Shown here in pieces: positions 57,815 to 64,000 of a DNA stretch of 64,000 nucleotides; the first letter of the stretch is position 1; each line of letters opens with the position of its first letter. The position numbers and the translations under genes are program-made. The stretch covers positions 5,414-69,413 of the forward strand of contig CALWRN010000068.1 of the NCBI GenBank assembly GCA_944383975.1. The letters are read 5' to 3'. Below the pieces are notes generated by a model, which did not search any database, had not been told where the DNA came from, and saw nothing but the letters and a program-made list of their open reading frames with translations. The stretch comes from an uncultured Clostridia bacterium. Lineage in GTDB: Bacteria; Bacillota; Clostridia; Christensenellales; UBA1242.

Positions 57815-57838
57815 TGTTTTCCCTTATTAAAGATTTTT

Positions 57839-57912
57839 TGGCAGGGGTGGAAGGAATCGAACCCTCCTCTGGAGTTTTGGAGACTCTCATTCTACCGATG
57901 AACTACACCCCT
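57839..57912 (-). tRNA. tRNA-Trp (anticodon CCA), CCA encoded
   Basis: The minus strand reads AGGGGTGTAGTTCATCGGTAGAATGAGAGTCTCCAAAACTCCAGAGGAGGGTTCGATTCCTTCCACCCCTGCCA. The cloverleaf folds with anticodon loop CT-CCA-AA and is close to Bacillus tRNA-Trp. Confidence 0.9.
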
Positions 57913-58070
57913 TTAAATTAGCATAAATATTTTACAATAATAAGTTATTTATGTCAATAAATTTTATTAAATGATAAAATATTTTTTAATTTTTGTTTTT
58001 ATTATCTCTTAATTTTGAAATTAATTTTGATTATGCTATAATACTCAATAGCATAACTAAGGAGAAAAAT

Positions 58071-58670
58071 TTGAGAATAGGAATTGATGTTGATGGTGTT
58101 TTGACAGACTTATATTCTTTTATGGACAGCGAATGTGAAAAATTCGCAAATGAAAATGGTTTTAATTGTATAAGAAATAATGATGGGACAAATTGCAAAG
58201 AAATGTTTGGCTGGACTGATAAAGAAGATGAATTTTTTTGGGATAGTTGTTTATTTAAGTATGCAAAAAGTGCAATTATGAAACCCATGGCGAGTGAAAT
58301 TATCAAAAAACTTAAAAAAGATGGTCATACCATTGTTATTGTAACGTCAAGGCATTTTTGTAAGAATAATGATTCTAAAGGACAACAAAGTAGAGATATT
58401 TTAATAAAATGGCTTTTAGATAATAACATTTATTATGATGAGTTATATTTTACTGATGATAAAATGGGGAAAGTTCCACAAATAAAAGAAAGTAAAATAG
58501 ATATTTTTATTGATGACTCTATAAGAAATTTGCAAGAAATTGCAAATGTGATTCCCGTTATTTGTATGACAGAACCTTATAATAGAATGTTTAAACATAA
58601 AAACATGATAAGATGCGAAACATGGAAAGATGTATATAAGGCTATAAGCGAAAAATCAAAAACAAATTAA
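58071..58670 (+). CDS. HAD-superfamily hydrolase (5'(3')-deoxyribonucleotidase-like)
   Basis: RIGIDVDGVLTD (the DxDxV/T motif), VIVTSR, FIDDS. The TTG at 58071 lies 6 nt after AAGGAG; the track's upstream start at 57993 is rejected. Confidence 0.6.
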   Translation: MRIGIDVDGVLTDLYSFMDSECEKFANENGFNCIRNNDGTNCKEMFGWTDKEDEFFWDSCLFKYAKSAIMKPMASEIIKKLKKDGHTIVIVTSRHFCKNNDSKGQQSRDILIKWLLDNNIYYDELYFTDDKMGKVPQIKESKIDIFIDDSIRNLQEIANVIPVICMTEPYNRMFKHKNMIRCETWKDVYKAISEKSKTN

Positions 58671-58748
58671 TTTTTACGGTTATAATTTTTAACATAATTA
58701 AAAATAAATTAATACATATATGTGATAAAGGCTTCAATAGGAGGAATT

Positions 58749-59360
58749 ATGATAAAACAAATAGAAGGTGATTATTTAGATTCAAATGTATATATAATAG
58801 AAAAAGATAATCAGGTTTTAATTATAGATAGTGGGGCTGAAATTGATAAGATAAAAGAAGTTGTAGGGAATAGAAAAGTTGTAGGAGTTTTATTAACGCA
58901 TGGGCATTATGATCATAGTCAATATTGTAATGTCTATGCAAAATATTATAATTGTAACATTTATGCAAATAAGCATATAACTCAAACTCTTAGTGATGGC
59001 GAAGCAATTTATAGTGAAGACAAAAGTGTAATTCAAGATTTTTCAAATTTTATTTTTCTAGAAGGGGATGGGAAAATACAAATTGAAAATTTCAGCATAT
59101 CTTACTATTATTGTCCAGGACACAGTATTTGCTGTGAATGTTATTTAATTGACGGGGATTTATTTGCAGGAGATGTTTTGTTTGATAGAAGTATTGGAAG
59201 GACAGATTTAAAATATTCTGATAAAAATATGATGATAGAGTCATTAAAAAAACTTGAAAATTTAATATTTAATAATGTTTATAGTGGGCATGGAAATTCA
59301 AGTACTTATGCAGAACAAATGAAAAATATAAAAGTTTATAAAAGATTTTTAACGAGATAA
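58749..59360 (+). CDS. MBL-fold metallo-hydrolase
   Basis: LLTHGHYDH, PGHS, GDVLF..SIGRTD. The ATG at 58749 follows AGGAGG. Confidence 0.85.
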   Translation: MIKQIEGDYLDSNVYIIEKDNQVLIIDSGAEIDKIKEVVGNRKVVGVLLTHGHYDHSQYCNVYAKYYNCNIYANKHITQTLSDGEAIYSEDKSVIQDFSNFIFLEGDGKIQIENFSISYYYCPGHSICCECYLIDGDLFAGDVLFDRSIGRTDLKYSDKNMMIESLKKLENLIFNNVYSGHGNSSTYAEQMKNIKVYKRFLTR

Positions 59361-59361
59361 T

Positions 59362-59393
59362 AAAAAACACTTTTAAAATAAAGTGTTTTTTTT
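59362..59393. terminator. Bidirectional terminator (MBL hydrolase / dnaI)
   Basis: aaacactt pairs with aagtgttt, followed by T8. Confidence 0.65.
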
Positions 59394-59416
59394 ATTAGGG
59401 ATAAATATTTTTATTC

Positions 59417-60319
59417 TTACAATTTCCTTCTTAAATCTTCTCCGGTTAAATATATAAGTATAGAAGTTTGTTTGTCTGCCATACGACTTGCAACTCTTTC
59501 ATCGTAGTAGTCATTAATATCTTCTAGTCTTAAATTTGTCGTTATAACAGTTGGTCTTTTGTTGATATTTCTTTCATTTAGTATAAGATAAAGATATTTT
59601 ACTGTGATACCTGGTTGTCTTAATTCAGTGCCAAGGTCATCTATAAACAAAATTTCGGCATTAAGATATTTATCAAGAAGTTCATCTTTTTCGTTGATAT
59701 CTCTTGTTGAATAACTTTTTAGAAAATCTTGATTCATTGCAAAAGATGTTGTAAGGGTAACAACCTTATTTCTTTTTATAAGTTCGTTAGCCATACATTT
59801 CATTAAGAAAGTTTTTCCAACACCAGTTTCGCCACCAAGAACAATTAAATTTTTTTCAAAGTTTGAATGGCACCATTCTTTCATTTTTGAATATAATTTT
59901 TCCATTTTATCTTTATTATTGCTAAAGATATTAAAAGAAATATGGTCAAAATCTTCAAGTTTATTAAAGCCACTTTCTTCAACGAGAAGTTTATTTAATT
60001 CCTTTTTTAAACAATCACAATATTGCCCATTTATTCTTCCTGTATCGTTACATTTTTTGCAAGTGTAAATAGGTTCTATAGGATAAAGTTTTAATTCTTT
60101 AAGTTTTTCATCAACTTCTTTTTTTAATAATAATGTTTCTTTTGATGATTTTTTTCCGTTTTTTGCTTCATTAAGCATTTTATCCATATATAAACTAAAA
60201 AGATTTTTAAATTTTTTATCTTTCAGTGCTTTAATTTTGTTATTTATTGCAATTTCATCATTTTGATATCTTCTTAAATCTATAATTTTTTGTGCTTTTT
60301 CAAGAATTTTTGAATTCAT
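59417..60319 (-). CDS. dnaI: Primosomal helicase loader DnaI
   Basis: N-terminal zinc motif CKKCNDTGRINGQYCDC, AAA+ Walker A GGETGVGKTFL, Walker B ILFIDDLG. Confidence 0.88.
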   Translation of the reverse strand: MNSKILEKAQKIIDLRRYQNDEIAINNKIKALKDKKFKNLFSLYMDKMLNEAKNGKKSSKETLLLKKEVDEKLKELKLYPIEPIYTCKKCNDTGRINGQYCDCLKKELNKLLVEESGFNKLEDFDHISFNIFSNNKDKMEKLYSKMKEWCHSNFEKNLIVLGGETGVGKTFLMKCMANELIKRNKVVTLTTSFAMNQDFLKSYSTRDINEKDELLDKYLNAEILFIDDLGTELRQPGITVKYLYLILNERNINKRPTVITTNLRLEDINDYYDERVASRMADKQTSILIYLTGEDLRRKL

Positions 60320-60327
60320 AATATCTC

Positions 60328-61800
60328 CTAAATTTCAATTTCATCAATAGATTGATATAAAGCATTCCATTCTTCTGATGAATAACTTCTTCCTTTAAAG
60401 TTTTGATTTTTCTTGTTTTGACTGGTTTCATTTCCATAAAGGGGAGAAGTATTCTTTGCTTGTTCAATGTTGGTTATACCTTTTTCATGCCAATCAGCCA
60501 AAACTCTGGAAAGGTATTTTAAAGGGTTGTCCTTATTTTGAGAAATAGAAACTGCATAATCTAAAAGTTCATCAGAGATATTCCAATCGTTTTTCCATGT
60601 TTTGTAATTTGTTCTATCAATATAATTAACATTTCTATGGATATTAAATTTATCTAAAATATCTTTTATTTTTTCGTCTTCCATCAAAATATTGCCCATA
60701 TATTGATTGAATGCAGAAGAAGACAAAATTCCAAGTTTATAAAATTTTGAAATTGTATTGTTCATTCCTTCAAGAGTTCTTACTGAAGTTTTAAAACAAA
60801 ATTCTGCAATTTGTATTAAAAGATTTTTATCAAATCCCATATTTATCCATTTGAGTATATAGTTTTCAACAATGGTTTCAAGGTTTTCATAATAAACGCC
60901 AATAGTTTTGTTAATTTCTTTTGCAAGTGAATAAAGTTCTTTTTTCTCTTTTTCAAAATTTTCAATTTCAAGAATAGAAAATAATTTCATTTCATAATAT
61001 TTTGTTAAAATTTCATTCAATTTTTCAAATGAAAAACGAGATTTTTTCTTTATATTCTTGCAAACATATAGTATTACATCAAGATTAAATCCATAGTCGT
61101 TTTGCCACTTATTCAAAAGAGCTCTTTCTTCAACATAAGGTGCTCGTTTAATTCCAACAGCATTAAATATTTCGGAAATCTCTGGATTTTTATCCTCAAA
61201 ACTTTTAAGTCTTTCTTCAACTTGAAGGGCAGTTGTTATCCCTTCATTAGCCCAGTTTTTTGCAACTGTCAAAATATAGTTATATCCCACTGCTGATTTT
61301 TTTGTTTCAACACAATATTTCATAATCATAAGCAGAGCTTCTTGCTCAAAATGATATCTTTCAAGAAAATCATAATATTCTCCATACTCATGTTTTGAAA
61401 TAGATCTTTTTCCCATAAAAATATCATTTGCTTGTTGGTTGAAAACTGTATATTTATCTGGTTTATAAAGTTTGTTTGCTGTTAAAACATTTTTAAGTGG
61501 AATATATGTAATTTGAACAGGGTTTGTTCTTAAAACTTGGACAAGTCCTTGTTCTTCCCAGTATTCAAAAGCCCCAATAACATCTTCTTCACTCATATTT
61601 AAAGTTTTTGCAAAATTTTCTATAGAGTTATCAAAAGAGTTACTTCCGCAAATATAAAGGCCATATATATAAACCACTACAAATTGTGGTTGTGCAAAAG
61701 GTAGATAATCATTTATAAAGATATTGTCAAGTTCTGTTTTTGAATTTGCTATAAATTCAGTTGAATATTTACAAAAAGTCATTTTATTCTCCGTGTTCAT
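60328..61800 (-). CDS. dnaB: Replication initiation and membrane attachment protein (Bacillus DnaB-type, DnaD-like domains)
   Basis: 490 aa immediately upstream of dnaI. DnaD-like repeats are present (YEYWEEQGLV..., LADWHEKGIT). Confidence 0.75.
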   Translation of the reverse strand: MNTENKMTFCKYSTEFIANSKTELDNIFINDYLPFAQPQFVVVYIYGLYICGSNSFDNSIENFAKTLNMSEEDVIGAFEYWEEQGLVQVLRTNPVQITYIPLKNVLTANKLYKPDKYTVFNQQANDIFMGKRSISKHEYGEYYDFLERYHFEQEALLMIMKYCVETKKSAVGYNYILTVAKNWANEGITTALQVEERLKSFEDKNPEISEIFNAVGIKRAPYVEERALLNKWQNDYGFNLDVILYVCKNIKKKSRFSFEKLNEILTKYYEMKLFSILEIENFEKEKKELYSLAKEINKTIGVYYENLETIVENYILKWINMGFDKNLLIQIAEFCFKTSVRTLEGMNNTISKFYKLGILSSSAFNQYMGNILMEDEKIKDILDKFNIHRNVNYIDRTNYKTWKNDWNISDELLDYAVSISQNKDNPLKYLSRVLADWHEKGITNIEQAKNTSPLYGNETSQNKKNQNFKGRSYSSEEWNALYQSIDEIEI

Positions 61801-61945
61801 TCTATCACATTTACCTTTATTTTACAACAAAATCTATAAATTAAATTTTTGCAACATTTTTAATGTATAGTTAAATTATGAAAATTTTTTTTATAAATAA
61901 AATTGGTTATGTAATATAAAGAGTAAGTGAGAAATATATTATAGC

Positions 61946-63427
61946 ATGAAAAAAAAGTTTTTATTAAGCATAATATCTATTTTTATTGTTATAACTCCTT
62001 TTTTATTTTTTGGATGTAATAATAGGGCTAATGATAAATTAACAAACTATCAATTAAATTTGGAATATGATGAAGTAAGCAAAAAATTATATGGAATAGA
62101 AAAAATTGATTATATTAACAATTATGAAAATATGTTTACATCATTATATTTTCATTTGTATCCAAATGCCTTTAGAGAAGATGCAAAACATAGTGTAGTT
62201 TCGTCAGCAAACGAAGAAGAAGCTTATCCAGAAGGAAAAAGTTATGGAAATATACAAATAAATAAAGTTGAATCTGATAACGAATTGCTAAATTTTGAAA
62301 TTGAGGGAAGTGACAAAAATATTTTAAAAGTTGATTTAGGTGAGGAAATTTATCCAGAAGAGAGAATAATAATATCTGTTGAGTTTGAGGTTTCTCTTGC
62401 AAATATAAATCATAGGTTAGGTATAGGAAAAAGCACAATAAATTTTGGAAATTTTTATCCTATTGCTTGTGTTTATGAAGATGGAAAAGGATTTAGTCAA
62501 GATTTATATCATTCAAATGGAGATCCATTTTATAGTGAGTGCGCAAATTATGATGTAAGCATAACATTTTCAAATAAATTTGATATTGCAAGCACAGGTG
62601 ATATGCAAGAAATAGTTGAAAAAGAAAATAAAAAAACGGCAAAATATAAAGCTTTTAATGTTAGAGATTTTTGTTTTGTATTAAGTGAAAATTTTGAAAT
62701 GGTAAGCAAAACAATTGGAGCAACTACCGTTAATTATTATGGATATAAAAATGACGACAACCTTCAAAGTTGTTTGGATGTTTCAATTAAAGCCCTTCAG
62801 ACATTTAATGAACTCTTTGGAGAATATCCTTATAAACAATTAAATATTGTAAAGTCAAATTTTGTCCATGGTGGAATGGAATATCCTAATTTAGTTCTTA
62901 TAAGCGATAAATATCAAGATCAGTATGATATTGATTATGTTATTGTTCATGAAATAGCTCATCAGTGGTGGTATGGAATTGTTGGAAATGATGAGTATAA
63001 TCACGCTTGGATGGACGAAGGACTTGCTGAATACAGCACATTAATATTTTTTAGAGAGAACAAAGAATATGGACAGGATTTTAATGAATTTATAAATAAT
63101 GCGACAGAAAGTTACAAACTTTTTGAAAAAGTTTTTATAAAAGTTACTGGAAGTGTAAATGGAACGATGGATAGAGGACTTGACGAATTTATGACAGAGC
63201 CAGAATATGTGCAATGCACATATACAAAAGGGGTTTTGCTTTTCAATACTATTGAAGAAAGTGTTGGGGAGAAAAAGTTTTTAAAGGCCTTACAATATTA
63301 TTTTAAAGAGTTTAAATATAAGAATACAACACCTGCCGACATGATATATTGTTTTAATAAAGCGACAGGGTATGATTTAGAGGATATTTTTAATAGCTAC
63401 ATTTTGGGGAATGTGGTTATAAAATAA
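61946..63427 (+). CDS. M1-family zinc metallopeptidase, lipoprotein
   Basis: Lipobox FLFFGC, zinc motif HEIAHQWWYG, and WMDEGLAEY providing the third ligand Glu. Confidence 0.88.
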   Translation: MKKKFLLSIISIFIVITPFLFFGCNNRANDKLTNYQLNLEYDEVSKKLYGIEKIDYINNYENMFTSLYFHLYPNAFREDAKHSVVSSANEEEAYPEGKSYGNIQINKVESDNELLNFEIEGSDKNILKVDLGEEIYPEERIIISVEFEVSLANINHRLGIGKSTINFGNFYPIACVYEDGKGFSQDLYHSNGDPFYSECANYDVSITFSNKFDIASTGDMQEIVEKENKKTAKYKAFNVRDFCFVLSENFEMVSKTIGATTVNYYGYKNDDNLQSCLDVSIKALQTFNELFGEYPYKQLNIVKSNFVHGGMEYPNLVLISDKYQDQYDIDYVIVHEIAHQWWYGIVGNDEYNHAWMDEGLAEYSTLIFFRENKEYGQDFNEFINNATESYKLFEKVFIKVTGSVNGTMDRGLDEFMTEPEYVQCTYTKGVLLFNTIEESVGEKKFLKALQYYFKEFKYKNTTPADMIYCFNKATGYDLEDIFNSYILGNVVIK

Positions 63428-63642
63428 ATATAACTTAAAAACAAATTGTTTTAAATATTGAAGATGGTTAAAAACTTATAGTTCTTATTTAAATTTAAAT
63501 ATATGTTTAAAATATATTAATTTTATATATTTAAAATATATTAATTTTTTATTTTTGAGGTATTGACGGTTTTATAAATCTTTGATATACTAAAAATAAT
63601 TTAAAAAGAATAAATTAAACATTGCTTAAGATGAGGTTATTT

Positions 63643-64000
63643 ATGTTAAAAAAACAACTTTTATATTTTGTATATTTAATTTGTTTTTGTTTGGCTTTCG
63701 CTGGGGGAGCTATTCTTATATCTAGTAATTTAAGTTATAATAACCAAATTCAAAATGAAACAAATGCTGAAAAACATCAAAATTATTATTATTTTACGGC
63801 TTATTATTCTACTGATGGAAGTAATAATTATAAAAAGGGGAAATTTACTGGCGAAGACGGAACTCAAATATCTGCAGGGAGTATAACAGTATCAATAAAT
63901 TATACTGGAAGTAATTTTATGGGGACTGCGGATTGGTCATCTGGCGCAAGCTCATCAAGTGTAGAAGCTGGAGGAAATGCTTACGTCTGGGGAAAAAGAG
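63643..64000 (+). CDS. Secreted or membrane-anchored protein, 3'-truncated by window edge
   Basis: The ATG lies 6 nt after GAGGT. The N-terminal signal/TM is LLYFVYLICFCLAFAGGAILI. The frame stays open to the end of the window. Confidence 0.6.
   Translation, partial: MLKKQLLYFVYLICFCLAFAGGAILISSNLSYNNQIQNETNAEKHQNYYYFTAYYSTDGSNNYKKGKFTGEDGTQISAGSITVSINYTGSNFMGTADWSSGASSSSVEAGGNAYVWGKR

Overview
This is a 64 kb chromosomal window from a very AT-rich bacterium (roughly 27-30% GC by eye), probably a low-GC Bacillota. It uses the standard genetic code: Trp is TGG, a tRNA-Trp(CCA) is present, and TAA stops dominate.

Most of the window is housekeeping, with Bacillus-like synteny:
- comM / dprA-topA-trmFO(like)-hslV-hslU-tcdA-trxA
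- nifS-nifU
- SRP RNA
- T-box-ileS
- an rRNA methyltransferase/rluA pair and pepF
- a GT4 glycosyltransferase
- a 2-ATPase + permease ABC system
- a glmM / glmU-C-domain / glmS cluster
- secG-rnr-smpB-tmRNA
- ung
- T-box(Tyr)-AlkP-GNAT*-tyrS
- yigZ, recX-acpS, mazF
- tRNA-Trp
- dnaB-dnaI
- an M1 peptidase lipoprotein

I saw no transposase, integrase, CRISPR array or rRNA.

The best candidate for an undescribed system is a module that occurs twice, about 20 kb apart (25.8-27.8 kb and 46.2-48.4 kb). Each copy has its own promoter and terminator. Each encodes a large uncharacterised protein with a shared core (RYD.S..H.N ... FGQ....PHFHF ... PFL.xK), translationally coupled to one or two small acidic proteins that look DUF1828-like.

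Other items worth a second look:
- a HEPN(RNAIVH)-CBS fusion
- a NifU-like + GGGtGRT gene pair
- a collagen-like (GXT)n / beta-helix protein next to an atypical tRNA-Gly(CCC)
- a stand-alone GlmU acetyltransferase domain
- a Tyr T-box whose first gene is an AlkP-family enzyme
- a GNAT gene with an in-frame TGA and no stop before tyrS
- mazF with a non-canonical upstream partner
- 140-200 bp tracts that are essentially 100% A/T

All family assignments come from motifs read by eye and from memory. No database search was run.
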